Assembly: GCA_963669175.1 (NCBI GenBank)
Contig: OY769902.1
Coordinates: 2,144,001 to 2,208,000, forward strand
Length of the DNA: 64,000 bases
Source of the DNA: a bacterium
Lineage (GTDB): Bacteria; Electryoneota; Electryoneia; Electryoneales; Electryoneaceae
Direction: 5' to 3'
Positions within the stretch are counted from its first letter, which is position 1; each line of letters begins with the position of its first letter. Position numbers and translations under genes: made by a program. Below the pieces are notes generated by a model. The model was not told where the DNA came from and ran no database searches. It worked only from the letters and a program-made list of their open reading frames with translations. Below, piece after piece: positions 49,455 to 59,545 of the stretch.

Positions 49455-50051
49455 ATGCCCGTACCGGACGATCCCCTGTTGGAACGTAAGCTGGGAGCGA
49501 TTGAAGCCCTGTTGTTCGCTTCTGATGAACCGTTGAACGCCGATATCCTGGCGCGTTCCATAGAGGCTGTGCTTGAAGTTGAAGTCGATGGGTTGATCGA
49601 AATCCTCCGGCAGAAATACGAGGATCACGGGCATGGTATTACCATTCAACGGGTGGCCGGTGGCTGGCGATTGGCGACCTCGTCCGATTACGCTGATATT
49701 GTGAAAATGCACTTTCGCGGACGTCTGAAGAGCCGCTTGAGCAAAGCCTCGCTTGAAGCTGTTTCCATTATTGCCTACCGTCAACCGATCAGCCGTGCGG
49801 AAATTGAGCTGATCCGTGGTGTCGATTCCGCACCCGTGTTGCGTAACCTGCTGGAACGTAATTTGATCAAAGTAGCGGGACGAGCTGAAGCGCCAGGACG
49901 TCCCCTGCTGTACGCTACCACTGATGATTTCCTGACCTATTTCGGGCTCGATTCCATCCGCTCACTCCCGAAGCCGGAAGAGATTCTGGGGGACTTGGAA
50001 GAGAACCAGCCACCTGATCGAGAAGGGCCGTTCCAGAGGGTCTCGGATTGA
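49455..50051 (+). CDS. scpB: SMC-Scp complex subunit ScpB
   Basis: IEALLFAS.EP, VAGGW, LSKASLE...IAYRQP+SR.EIE.IRGV, GRP+LY.TT..FL..FGL. Confidence 0.95.
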   Translation: MPVPDDPLLERKLGAIEALLFASDEPLNADILARSIEAVLEVEVDGLIEILRQKYEDHGHGITIQRVAGGWRLATSSDYADIVKMHFRGRLKSRLSKASLEAVSIIAYRQPISRAEIELIRGVDSAPVLRNLLERNLIKVAGRAEAPGRPLLYATTDDFLTYFGLDSIRSLPKPEEILGDLEENQPPDREGPFQRVSD

Positions 50052-50094
50052 TATAGCCGTTCTCGATTCTATTCCGTCAAAATGGAGATCGCCG

Positions 50095-50285
50095 GGAAAA
50101 GGGGACGGGATCCTTTTCCTCGCGCTTATGCAGAATATTTCTGAAGTATTCCTGGAAAAGGAAACTGTCCCCTTTTCCGTGTGATTCCTGCCTGCTCGCA
50201 AGAAAAAGGGTACAGCCACCTTTCCCGAGCCATTTGCACAGCGGGACGACTTGATCCCTGGAAAAGGAAACTGTCCCCTTTTTCC
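50095..50285. repeat. GGAAAAGG...CCTTTTCC palindromic repeats (3 copies)
   Basis: CCTGGAAAAGGAAACTGTCCCCTTTT near 50151 and 50257 plus a related copy at 50095. Confidence 0.65.
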
Positions 50286-50700
50286 ATATGCTTCTTCCAA
50301 TCACCCATGAATCGTACGTCGGATACTATCATGACGACGTATTTTCAAGAGCAGCTATATCACGATTCCTTCCCGACAGCGCGAAGTTGTGCCATTCCAG
50401 AGTTGTTAAGAACATAAACAAAACCCAACTACCATGTCATCCCGGAAACGCTGCTGTATAGCGTTGTCCGGGATCTACTCCCCCGGAACCCTCGCTACTG
50501 TCAACGTAATGAACCGAGTCGGGTGGCCCGATGTCGCGAGTGATTAATTCGGACTTTCTGATGTGGCCAGCTATATAAACCATACTTCACCCTTACGACG
50601 CAATTTCGAAGCGACTCGGGATTTCTATCATGTTGCCACTCCTGCTCAGGCCAGCCAAAGGAAGAAAGCAGAAGGACTTTTTTCTCTGAAGTAGAATAGA

Positions 50701-50755
50701 CCACCGCCGGGCAGCCGCCTTCGCAAGCTACGGCGTGCTTCAAGCCGGCGGGGCC
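50701..50755 (+). repeat. CCGCCGG...CCGGCGGGGCC hairpin repeat
   Basis: Same family as 10401, 10581, 13910 and 54026. Confidence 0.75.
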
Positions 50756-51074
50756 AAGGCAATTCCACTTGTTTCAAGCCGGCGGGTCACAAACACGATA
50801 CCCGACAGCAAGCAGTCGGGCCAAGCCAGTAGATGTAGTAAATAAGTTAAGGGATTCCCTGAGGCAGGTCATGTGATTCCAATACGGCGGGCATTCTTGA
50901 AACCTGCTTATCTGCGCTGAGTTTTCGTCTTGTCGTCCTTTTCGTGAAACCCTTCACAAGGTAGAAACTCCTGAGATTGAAAATCACTTGCTTCTGTCGT
51001 ACCTTGCCTTTCTTGGACCGGAATACCGGTTCCCGTACGCAAACAAAACGAACAGCATAGAGTAAGGGGGCGTA

Positions 51075-52823
51075 ATGGACTTACAGGGGAAGAAAGTTCT
51101 TGTTTTCGGGGGCTTTGGGCTGGTAGGCATGGCTGTTTGCCGAAAGCTGGCAGAAGCAGGTGTGAAAGCGATTGTGCTGACCTCGCTGAAAGAGGAAGAG
51201 GCACGGTTGGCTATCGACATGCTGAAAATGGAGTACCCCGCAATCGATTTCACTCCCGCGTGGGGTGACCTGTTTGTGCGCAACGACTTCAAAGATACAC
51301 CACGACATCAGCTCCTCGAAGACGCCGGGAATCGCCGTGCGTTTATCCGTGATATCCTTGATCCGTTTACCGCAGAAGTATACCAGCGCATGACGTTGTA
51401 TCGCCAGGTGGTCGAGAACAAGCCGGATGTGGTCATTGACTGTGTCAATACCGCAACTGGTTTGGCTTACCAGGATGTCTACATGCAGTCCGAAAAAGTG
51501 CTGGCGACATTGGATAACTGCAATGACAGCAATGCCGATGAGGTCAAGCGTAACGTGGAAGACCTGATCGCCAGCCTGACCGCTCCGCAGTTGGTGCGTC
51601 ATGTTCAGATCCTGCATCAGTCATTGATTGATGGCGGCTGTCGTGGTTACCTGAAGGTCGGCACCACCGGCACCGGCGGCATGGGCCTGAATATTCCGTA
51701 TACCCACTCGGAAGACCGTCCCAGCCGTGTCCTGCTGACCAAGAACGCCATGGGCGGCGCACAGAGCCTGATGATGTTCCTGATGGGACGCAGCCCGATA
51801 CAAGGCGATGATGGCCGCATTCGTGACATCTTCGTCAAGGAAATCAAACCCGCCGCAGCCATTGCCTGGAAGGGCGTGATTGCCGGCGAGATCAAAAAAC
51901 GTGGTCAGAATTTCCCGCGTTACGACATGGCGATGGACAAAGCCCAGACCATCGGCGCATCGGTGAATGTGGCCGAGGCGGATGGTGCATGGGAAGCCAA
52001 GGGCGACACCCTTCGTTCTGTCTACATTGACACCGGCGAAAACGGCATCTTCTCCGAGGGCGAATTTACCGCCATCACCGAAGTCGGCCAGATGGAATTT
52101 GTCACCCCGGAAGAGATCGCGCAGTATATCGTGTGGGAGCTTCAGGGCGGCAATACCGGTCATGACATCATTGGCGCATTAGACGGCGCTGTGATGGAGC
52201 CGACCTATCGCGCCGGTGTGCTTCGCCAGGTCGCGTTGGACAAGCTGCGTCAGAAGATGGCCCAGAACCCGGACCTCGATGAATCGGTGGCGTTTGAGCT
52301 GCTCGGACCGCCACGTCTGACCAAGCTGCTCCACGAAGCGAACCTGATTCGTCGCACACTCAAGACTATGCGCGCCGCCGTTGAACTGACCCCGGAAGCG
52401 CTGGCGGAGAAGCTGCTGGAAGAGCTGAAGAACAATGATCGTCTGCGTAGCGCCATCCTGAGCGTCGGTGTCCCGGTGCTGCTTCCCGATGGCAAGCAGT
52501 ATGTCCGCGGCCCGAAACTCCTTATCCCGACCCATCCGGTTAACAAGGAGTTCGAGGTTACCGGCGAGAAGCTGGAAGAGTGGTGCGAAAAGGGGTGGGT
52601 TGACCTGCGTCCGGAGAACCTGGCACGCTGGCAGGGCTGGTTCACCCAGTTAATCAACCAGAAAGACGCTCGCATGACCTCCGGCCCCGACGGTCAACCG
52701 GATACCTCAAGCCGTTTCGATTTCGATGAGAATTACTTCGATCCCGATAGCGAAATCAACCCCGGCAAGATGGTCGGCTGGATCTTTATCAATGTCGATA
52801 AAGGCAAGAGGACGAAGCGGTAG
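51075..52823 (+). CDS. Rossmann-fold (short-chain dehydrogenase-like) protein of unknown function
   Basis: N-terminal GGFGLVG; GTTGTGGMGLNIPYTHSE motif; strongly biased codon usage. Confidence 0.75.
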   Translation: MDLQGKKVLVFGGFGLVGMAVCRKLAEAGVKAIVLTSLKEEEARLAIDMLKMEYPAIDFTPAWGDLFVRNDFKDTPRHQLLEDAGNRRAFIRDILDPFTAEVYQRMTLYRQVVENKPDVVIDCVNTATGLAYQDVYMQSEKVLATLDNCNDSNADEVKRNVEDLIASLTAPQLVRHVQILHQSLIDGGCRGYLKVGTTGTGGMGLNIPYTHSEDRPSRVLLTKNAMGGAQSLMMFLMGRSPIQGDDGRIRDIFVKEIKPAAAIAWKGVIAGEIKKRGQNFPRYDMAMDKAQTIGASVNVAEADGAWEAKGDTLRSVYIDTGENGIFSEGEFTAITEVGQMEFVTPEEIAQYIVWELQGGNTGHDIIGALDGAVMEPTYRAGVLRQVALDKLRQKMAQNPDLDESVAFELLGPPRLTKLLHEANLIRRTLKTMRAAVELTPEALAEKLLEELKNNDRLRSAILSVGVPVLLPDGKQYVRGPKLLIPTHPVNKEFEVTGEKLEEWCEKGWVDLRPENLARWQGWFTQLINQKDARMTSGPDGQPDTSSRFDFDENYFDPDSEINPGKMVGWIFINVDKGKRTKR

Positions 52824-52854
52824 GCGCTTGCAGTTTATCTTGATAGATACTTCG

Positions 52855-52879
52855 AAGCCCGGCTGATGCCGGGCTTTTT
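52855..52879 (+). terminator. Intrinsic terminator
   Basis: AAGCCCGGC-TGAT-GCCGGGCTT followed by TTT. Confidence 0.8.
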
Positions 52880-52958
52880 GTACGTATGAAAGTCAGCGAA
52901 AGCAGGGACTGACCCAATGTGGTCTGTCCCGTTTTCGCGGGTGCTTTCTAAACGAGTT

Positions 52959-53363
52959 TTACTTCTTCACCAGCGAAGCAATTGTCACTTCCGCCAGGAA
53001 TTCCACCACACCGCGCTGGTATGGCGCCCAAACCTGGCCGATGGTCGAGATAATATCCGCAGGGGCGTCCTCGAAGCCGGGCAAGTTGACTTCGTTGGGG
53101 TCGAAATCATCGATCGCTCGCGCCACATCCAGCAGGGTGATCTCTTCGGGCGCACGTGCCAGACGGACACCGCCGCCACGTCCACGCACGCTGTCCACCA
53201 GTCCTGCTCCGGTCAGAGCCTGCATCACTTTTCCGAGGAAAGAAGCGGGCATCCCGGCCTCTTCCGCCAGCTCGGTGACCTGCCTGCGTACCTTGGGATC
53301 GTCATGGGTGACGGCAAGGCGTACCAGTGAACGGACCGCGTAACCCCAACTCTTGCTGAACAT
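52959..53363 (-). CDS. Rrf2-family transcriptional regulator (no Cys ligands)
   Basis: YA+R.L...ELAE...FL.K+...L..AGLV.S.RG.GGG..LAR.PEEITLLD. Confidence 0.9.
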   Translation of the reverse strand: MFSKSWGYAVRSLVRLAVTHDDPKVRRQVTELAEEAGMPASFLGKVMQALTGAGLVDSVRGRGGGVRLARAPEEITLLDVARAIDDFDPNEVNLPGFEDAPADIISTIGQVWAPYQRGVVEFLAEVTIASLVKK

Positions 53364-53632
53364 GATGCTCTCCCCGTGTGACACTGTGGTTCATTGGGAA
53401 TGTAAGAATACGGAATGAGTTGGGAAAGCGGTTGAGTAGGAAAAAACGGGATGGGATCGGTTGGGAGAATCGCCATTGATCGTATGGCCCGACTTGCCTG
53501 AAGTGTTGTCAAAACGTCTGGAAGATGTTGGCTATGTATACAGGGCTTTCCGCAATGATGCGCATAATGAGCAAGTCGGGAGAAGGATACATACTTACAC
53601 AGAACAGGGTACAGCTTCATTACCCGACTTGC

Positions 53633-53989
53633 CTGGATCCCAGCCTTCCAGACTGTATCAGAATAGAAAACACACTCATCCCAGCCTTCCAGACTGTATC
53701 AGAATAGCGAAGACTCTCATCCCAGCGAAGGCTGGGATCCAGGTAAGTATCTACAAAATAACAATTTGGACACTTGAACGGCTCTCAATATACCGCGTTT
53801 CTTGACAACACTTAACCTCTTGTAATATCGCAATATGACTGGATTCCTTCCTTCGAAGGAATGAGAGTATGGGACATTCTGATACAGTCTGCTTCGCTGG
53901 GATGAGAGTATGCCTATTTTGCGACAGCCTGCTTCGCTGGGATGAGAGCATCAGTGATTCTGATACCACCTGCTTCGCTGGGATGAGAG
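53633..53989. mobile_element. Nested MITE stack inserted in GGATCCCAGCCTTCGCTGGGATGAG REP palindromes
   Basis: Left ends CAGACTGTATCAGAAT at 53649 and 53690; right ends at 53876, 53916, 53957; every end is flanked by CTTC. Confidence 0.65.
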
Positions 53990-54025
53990 CCGAAGGACTA
54001 ACTTCTTTAAATTATTTAAAATAAA

Positions 54026-54322
54026 CCCCGCCGGGCAGCCACCTTCGCAAGCTACGGTGTGCTTCAAGCCGGCGGGGCCAATAGACACTTTCGCATGTTT
54101 CAAGCAAGCGGGGCTAAAAACATGATACCTGACTGACGCGCAGTACGCCTCAGCGCACAAGTCGGGCCAAGAGACATCATGCCGCCATCCCTCGAGATCC
54201 CCGGTCGGTGCCGGGGATGACATAGTGTTTGGGCAGTCGCTTCAGCGTACTTCAAACCGGTGGGGCCAAACAGGATCAATAACTTTCCAACCTTTAAACT
54301 TTGAAACTTTCAAACTTCAAAG
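54026..54322. repeat. REP cluster: hairpin family, GATCCCC...GGGGATGAC copy and 8-mer microsatellite
   Basis: Matches the repeat families at 10401, 11015 and 13862. Confidence 0.7.
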
Positions 54323-54325
54323 AGA

Positions 54326-55072
54326 CTAATACGCAGATCGGTCTGAGGCGCGTCGTGCCAGCATGGAGGGGGGCGCCGCGATACGGCCGTCGGTCATCCA
54401 CAACCGTTGCTGCATCTCCGGCCAGGTGACATACTGGAAGCCGTTCAGGTCCGTATCCAGCACACCTTTCACATGACGACGGGCGTAGATCATGTCATCT
54501 TCGTTGGGGGCGTTCAGCACAAATTCACGGGAAGCGTCGGTATCGTCCAGAATCAGGTGCGAGTTTGCCTGCGCCATGGCCACACCGGCGGCGTCGAGGG
54601 TCACTCCGAACGGTCCGGCCAATGTCTGCAAACGTGCGGCGCAGTTCATCGGGTAGCCGACATAATCCGTGTCCAGACGCTCGCCGGGCAGATCCGCACG
54701 CACCTTGGTCACCTCGCCGCAGGCGATGCCTACGCCGAAACCGGGCGGGGTGCGGAAACTGACCGTTTTTCGGAAATAGTGGTATTCCTTGTGCAGGTTG
54801 AACGCGGTCACCAGGGCGGCTTTGAGGGCGTTGGGCATGCTGCCGTGACGGTCCGGCTCCCACACCGCGAGGAAACCATCGCCCAGCGGTTTGTAGAAGT
54901 CGATGAAATAGGCCTGTTTCAGCTTGAGCAAGCGTTCGTAGGTCATCTTGACCACAGTCGCCACCTGCTCCGACGTGGCCTCCAGCGACCAGTGGGAGAA
55001 GTCACGCAAATCCGCAAACAGGGCGACACATTCGACCTTCTGGCCGGTGGATTTTTTCTGTGCAGGTGTCAT
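54326..55072 (-). CDS. Class III nucleotidyl cyclase, probably adenylate cyclase (stand-alone catalytic domain)
   Basis: FADLRDF, K.LGDG, G+G+..G.V, DY+G..+N.AARLQ; Lys/Asp specificity pair indicates ATP. Confidence 0.85.
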   Translation of the reverse strand: MTPAQKKSTGQKVECVALFADLRDFSHWSLEATSEQVATVVKMTYERLLKLKQAYFIDFYKPLGDGFLAVWEPDRHGSMPNALKAALVTAFNLHKEYHYFRKTVSFRTPPGFGVGIACGEVTKVRADLPGERLDTDYVGYPMNCAARLQTLAGPFGVTLDAAGVAMAQANSHLILDDTDASREFVLNAPNEDDMIYARRHVKGVLDTDLNGFQYVTWPEMQQRLWMTDGRIAAPPSMLARRASDRSAY

Positions 55073-55201
55073 GGGTTCCGGTTGCCTCTCTCGCGTTCGT
55101 GCCTAAAGCTACGGTAGAATGGGGGCACAGGAAAGAGATGAAGATCACAAGGCAGGAAAGGATTGAATACGAATAAATGGAACAAGGATGAGTGAAGTAT
55201 A

Positions 55202-56200
55202 TTAACTTGCCAGATTCCTCAACCAGAAAGCAGTCAGTAGGCGTTCGATGAGGAGCAGGATCAGGGCGGTTAGGGCATAGGGCATGAAGCGTTCTTCCCA
55301 GCGACGCATATGCTCGATGTCCAGCTCAGTCTTTTCCAGGCGGTCGATCTGGCTGTAGATATCACGCAGGGATTCGGTGGAGGTGGCACGGAAGTACATC
55401 CCGCCGGTCATCTCGGCGATCTGTTTCAGCAGCGCTTCATCAATCTCGACCTGCATGTTCCGGAACTGGATACCGCCGCCGGGGCTCTGGATCGGTGCGG
55501 GTGCGGTGCCACGTGAACCCACGCCGATGGTATAAATCTTCACCCCGAGCGCCTGGGCGGCACGGGTGGCGGTTAGTGGGTCGGGCTGATCCACGTTGTT
55601 TACACCGTCGGTCAGCAGGATCAGCACTTTACTCTTGGCGTTACTTTCACGGAGACGGTTGGTGCCGGTCGCAATCGCTTTCCCGATACCGGTGCCGTCC
55701 TGGATTTGTCCCGTACCCGCTTCGACACGACTCAGCAGTTCTTCCAGCACATCGTAGTCCATGGTCAACGGGCACCAGGTATAGGATTCCCCTGCGAACA
55801 TGACCAGACCGATACGGTCGTTCTGACGTCCACGCACAAACTCGCCCGCCACATTCTTCGCGGCAGTGATACGGTCCGGTTTGAGGTCACGAGCCAACAT
55901 GGAGGACGAGATATCCAGGGTAAGGACGATATCGATGCCCTCGGTGGTGATCTTTTCCTCTTCCAGCGCCAGTTGCGGACGTGCCAGCGCGATAATCAGG
56001 AAGCTCAACCCGGCCAGACGCAACACAACCGGGAGATGACGCAGCCAGCGTTTGACCGGATGAACCAACGCGCCGATTTCTGACGCGCCGGGGAAGACCA
56101 CAGTCGGCGCCGGGTGCCGTGTCTCACGCCACCAGTAGAGCACCCCCAGCAGGGGCACCAGGATCAGGCCAAACAGCATCCAGGGGGCTTGCCAGGTCAT
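55202..56200 (-). CDS. batA: VWA domain protein BatA
   Basis: ALARPQ, DISSSM MIDAS, PLT.DY, LLTDG.NN, DE..L..IA..TGG.YFRA. Confidence 0.88.
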   Translation of the reverse strand: MTWQAPWMLFGLILVPLLGVLYWWRETRHPAPTVVFPGASEIGALVHPVKRWLRHLPVVLRLAGLSFLIIALARPQLALEEEKITTEGIDIVLTLDISSSMLARDLKPDRITAAKNVAGEFVRGRQNDRIGLVMFAGESYTWCPLTMDYDVLEELLSRVEAGTGQIQDGTGIGKAIATGTNRLRESNAKSKVLILLTDGVNNVDQPDPLTATRAAQALGVKIYTIGVGSRGTAPAPIQSPGGGIQFRNMQVEIDEALLKQIAEMTGGMYFRATSTESLRDIYSQIDRLEKTELDIEHMRRWEERFMPYALTALILLLIERLLTAFWLRNLAS

Positions 56201-57366
56201 GCCTTGTCCTCCCCCTTGGGCTGGAAGCGTGACAAATCATCCCTGTCCACCGGTTCAGCCTTTTTCATAACCGGAGCGTCAGCCTCTTCACCCTTTTCAG
56301 ACGTTTTTACTTCCGGTAATGCAGCTTCACCAGTCTGTGCCGAAGGTTCTGCGCTATCTTCTGTCTGTCCGTTGCCGTTAAGCGTCTCGACCGGACGCGG
56401 TTTATAGGTCAGCACGAAGCTGTCCGCTGTACGCAGCATGCTGTCGGCTTTAGCGGAATCGATGCTGCCCTTGGCGAACTTGATCATGTCTGCATCGTTC
56501 AGGATGCTGAGGAGGTCTTCCTTGCTGCCGAATATAGTCGCGTGAATCAGCCAGCGTTTGACCTCATAGGTGGTCATGTCCATGACCGGGTCGCTGTGGA
56601 CACGTTCCAGCAGGCGTTTCAGAATCTCCGTCAAACGGCTGACGAACAGCTTGTACTCACCACGTTCATGCGGCTTGTCACGTTGCAGGTCACGCAAGGC
56701 GGCCACTGCTTCATCATACGGCGGCGGTGGTGGTTTGACGTAGATACCGCCTTCGCCATCCACGCCCAGCTTGCGTTTTTGCCACCAGCGAATGAAGAAG
56801 AAGATACCAGCCAGCACGGCCACGCCGAGCAGATAAGGCCAGAGCAGACGCGCCCAGTCCGCCAGGGTCATTTTTAACGGAACCTGGGCTTTCAGTGGTC
56901 TGAAAGAGGGGCCGGTGGTGTCTTGCGGGATACTGTCAAGCACGGAATAAATATAGACATTCGCCGGTTCGAAGCGGTGAATCTGCTTGTTTACCCAAAC
57001 CTCGAGCGTATCGGTGGAATGGGCGCCGGTGTCATAGGCTGCTACGGTCAACAGGAGCGTCGGTCCCGGATAGGCCTTGGCTTCCTTGCCCTTCAGCGTA
57101 TCGGCATGCAGGACACGGAAATCGCCAATCTTTTCCGCCGTCGAGGGCCACTGGATGTCGCCGGGATCGGCATTGGGGACAGTTAACGTCAAGGTAATCG
57201 GATCACCGACACGGGCGCGTTTGGGCGAAAACTCAAGCGGTAACACCGCCGCTTGCAGCATCATTGCGCTGGTGATCAACAGGAGCGACAGGATAGCCGC
57301 CGCGCTTCCACGCTTGCGCCAGCCTGCTGATATACCGTTATGTAGGTTCCTGTTTTGCCGATCCAT
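56197..57366 (-). CDS. Bat-operon membrane protein (BatD-like/hypothetical)
   Basis: Signal peptide, TM segment, PPP.EA, TT.E, D.+KFA motifs; between DUF58 and batA. Confidence 0.75.
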   Translation of the reverse strand: MDRQNRNLHNGISAGWRKRGSAAAILSLLLITSAMMLQAAVLPLEFSPKRARVGDPITLTLTVPNADPGDIQWPSTAEKIGDFRVLHADTLKGKEAKAYPGPTLLLTVAAYDTGAHSTDTLEVWVNKQIHRFEPANVYIYSVLDSIPQDTTGPSFRPLKAQVPLKMTLADWARLLWPYLLGVAVLAGIFFFIRWWQKRKLGVDGEGGIYVKPPPPPYDEAVAALRDLQRDKPHERGEYKLFVSRLTEILKRLLERVHSDPVMDMTTYEVKRWLIHATIFGSKEDLLSILNDADMIKFAKGSIDSAKADSMLRTADSFVLTYKPRPVETLNGNGQTEDSAEPSAQTGEAALPEVKTSEKGEEADAPVMKKAEPVDRDDLSRFQPKGEDKA

Positions 57367-57394
57367 GGTTCAGACTCTGATCAATGCCGTAGGG

Positions 57395-58282
57395 TTACCG
57401 CCTGCCTTCACGTTTCCTGAAGAAACGTACCAGTGGTAGCAGGTAAGGTTGATCCGGTTCACTTAAATCGACCTCAATGCGGTCGAGATTGTTCTGGTTT
57501 GCAAACATGGTCAGGTTGTTGATCTGCTGCATGCGTTGACGACGATAGGCTTCACGCAGCCCCTTGTCATTGCTGTCCAGCCATACGACAGCCCCGGTCT
57601 CCGGGTCCTGGGCCGGAATCCAGCCGACTCCGGGCAGCTCTTTCTCGCGCGGGTCCACCACGTGCAGCAAAACCAGGTCGTGCTTACGTCCGCAAATCTT
57701 GGCCGCATCCTGCCACGCGCCGCCGTCCTGGAAATCGCTGACCAGGAATACGATAGAGCGTTTGGTCTGTAATCGCAGCAGGTATTCCAGCCCGGTCTGG
57801 ATGGAGGTGCCCTTGCTCTCGGGTTGAAAGGCCAGCAGGTCGCGGACCATACGCAGGGCGTGGGAGGTGCCTTTTTTCGGGGGAATATAACTCTCAACCT
57901 GATCGCTGAAGAGAATCATTCCGACCTTGTCCTGGTTGCGCATGGCGGAGAAGGTGAGTACCGCAGCGATTTCCGCTGCCATCTCACGTTTTAACGAGAC
58001 CACACTCCCGAATTCTCCCGACGCGGACACGTCCACCAACAACATGACAATCAGTTCACGTTCTTCTTCAAAGAGCTTGATGAAGGGGGCGCCGGAACGT
58101 GCGGTCACGTTCCAGTCAATCGCGCGTACGTCATCACCGGGGACATATTCACGGACCTCCGCGAACTCGATCCCGCGCCCCTTGAACGCGGAATGATATT
58201 CCCCGCTGAACAGCTCGTTCACCGAACCACGGGTCCGGATCTCGATGTTGCGCACCTTCTTGATCAGCTCTTTGGTTGTCAC
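57395..58282 (-). CDS. DUF58 domain protein
   Basis: FKGRG+EFAEVREY.PGDD+R.IDWNVTAR, DVSAS, SDF. Confidence 0.92.
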   Translation of the reverse strand: MTTKELIKKVRNIEIRTRGSVNELFSGEYHSAFKGRGIEFAEVREYVPGDDVRAIDWNVTARSGAPFIKLFEEERELIVMLLVDVSASGEFGSVVSLKREMAAEIAAVLTFSAMRNQDKVGMILFSDQVESYIPPKKGTSHALRMVRDLLAFQPESKGTSIQTGLEYLLRLQTKRSIVFLVSDFQDGGAWQDAAKICGRKHDLVLLHVVDPREKELPGVGWIPAQDPETGAVVWLDSNDKGLREAYRRQRMQQINNLTMFANQNNLDRIEVDLSEPDQPYLLPLVRFFRKREGRR

Positions 58283-58431
58283 TGCATCGCTTTCGCTAAG
58301 TGAAAAAAGTAAACAAAGTGAAAAAAGTAAAGAATGTTTCCATCTATTGAATATTGGATACTAAAAATAAATCTTGAAGCTCACAATAATTCCTGATTGA
58401 CTGAAACCAATTTCTAATTCCTAATTGGTTC

Positions 58432-59421
58432 TTACGGAACTTCAATCCCGTGCAGCAGTTCGGTGACCAGGTCATCGCTGGTCATTTCCTGCGCTTCAGC
58501 CTCGAAGGACGGGATAATCCGGTGCCGAAGAACGTCACGTCCGATGGCGCGGATATCTTCCGGGATTACAAACGCGCGTCCCTGCAGGAATGCCCAGGCG
58601 CGGGCCGCTTTCACCAGGAACAGGGTAGCGCGTGGGCTGCCACCATAAGCGATCAGGTCTTTCAGGTTATCGAACCCGAACTCTTCCGGGTGACGTGTCG
58701 CAAACACGATGTCCAGGATATAGTTCTCGATCTTTTCATCAACGTAGATCTGGTCCACTACTTCACGCGCTTCCAGGATCGCTTCCGGCTTGAGGACGGG
58801 AACCAGGGACGGGGCTTTTCCGGCGCCATGCAAGCGCAGGATACGGCGTTCCTCTTCACGGTTCGGGTAGCTGACCTTCAGCTTGAGCATGAAACGGTCA
58901 ACCTGCGCTTCGGGAAGCGGGTAGGTTCCCTGCTGTTCAATCGGGTTCTGAGTCGCGAGAACCAGGAACGGCTGCGGCAGGATATGAGTCTCGCCACCGA
59001 GCGACACCTGACGTTCCTGCATGGATTCCAGCAATGCGCTCTGCACCTTGGCAGGGGCGCGGTTAATTTCATCTGCGAGGATGATGTTTGCGAAGATCGG
59101 GCCGAGCCGTGTTTCGAACGACCCCTTCTGCTGGTTGTAAATCAGGGTGCCAAGCAGGTCGGCAGGCAGGAGGTCGGGCGTGAACTGAATCCGCCGGAAT
59201 GTGGCGTCAACCGAAGCCGCAAGACTGGAAACGGTAAGTGTTTTCGCCAGACCCGGCACACCTTCCAGCAACACATGGCCATCTGCCAGCAATCCAACCA
59301 GCAGGCGTTCCACCATGTAACTCTGGCCGACAAGAACCTTGCCTACCTCTTCGGTAAGCTTTCGTATGGGTGCGCTGACACGTTGCACACGTTCGGCGAC
59401 CACATTAATATCCTGACTCAT
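58432..59421 (-). CDS. moxR: MoxR-family AAA+ ATPase
   Basis: GHVLLEGVPGLAKT, RIQFTPDLLP.D, DEINRAPAKVQSALLE, ATQNPIE. Confidence 0.95.
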   Translation of the reverse strand: MSQDINVVAERVQRVSAPIRKLTEEVGKVLVGQSYMVERLLVGLLADGHVLLEGVPGLAKTLTVSSLAASVDATFRRIQFTPDLLPADLLGTLIYNQQKGSFETRLGPIFANIILADEINRAPAKVQSALLESMQERQVSLGGETHILPQPFLVLATQNPIEQQGTYPLPEAQVDRFMLKLKVSYPNREEERRILRLHGAGKAPSLVPVLKPEAILEAREVVDQIYVDEKIENYILDIVFATRHPEEFGFDNLKDLIAYGGSPRATLFLVKAARAWAFLQGRAFVIPEDIRAIGRDVLRHRIIPSFEAEAQEMTSDDLVTELLHGIEVP

Positions 59422-59545
59422 CTTCGGTACTCCTCGCTGACGTTCATCCCAAAAGCAATTGCGAAGTCATGCTTTCACACTCACGAGATTTTTACAAAGT
59501 TCCAAGGAGAGACGATAGGAAAGAGAAAGGGGGGATCACAAGGGC

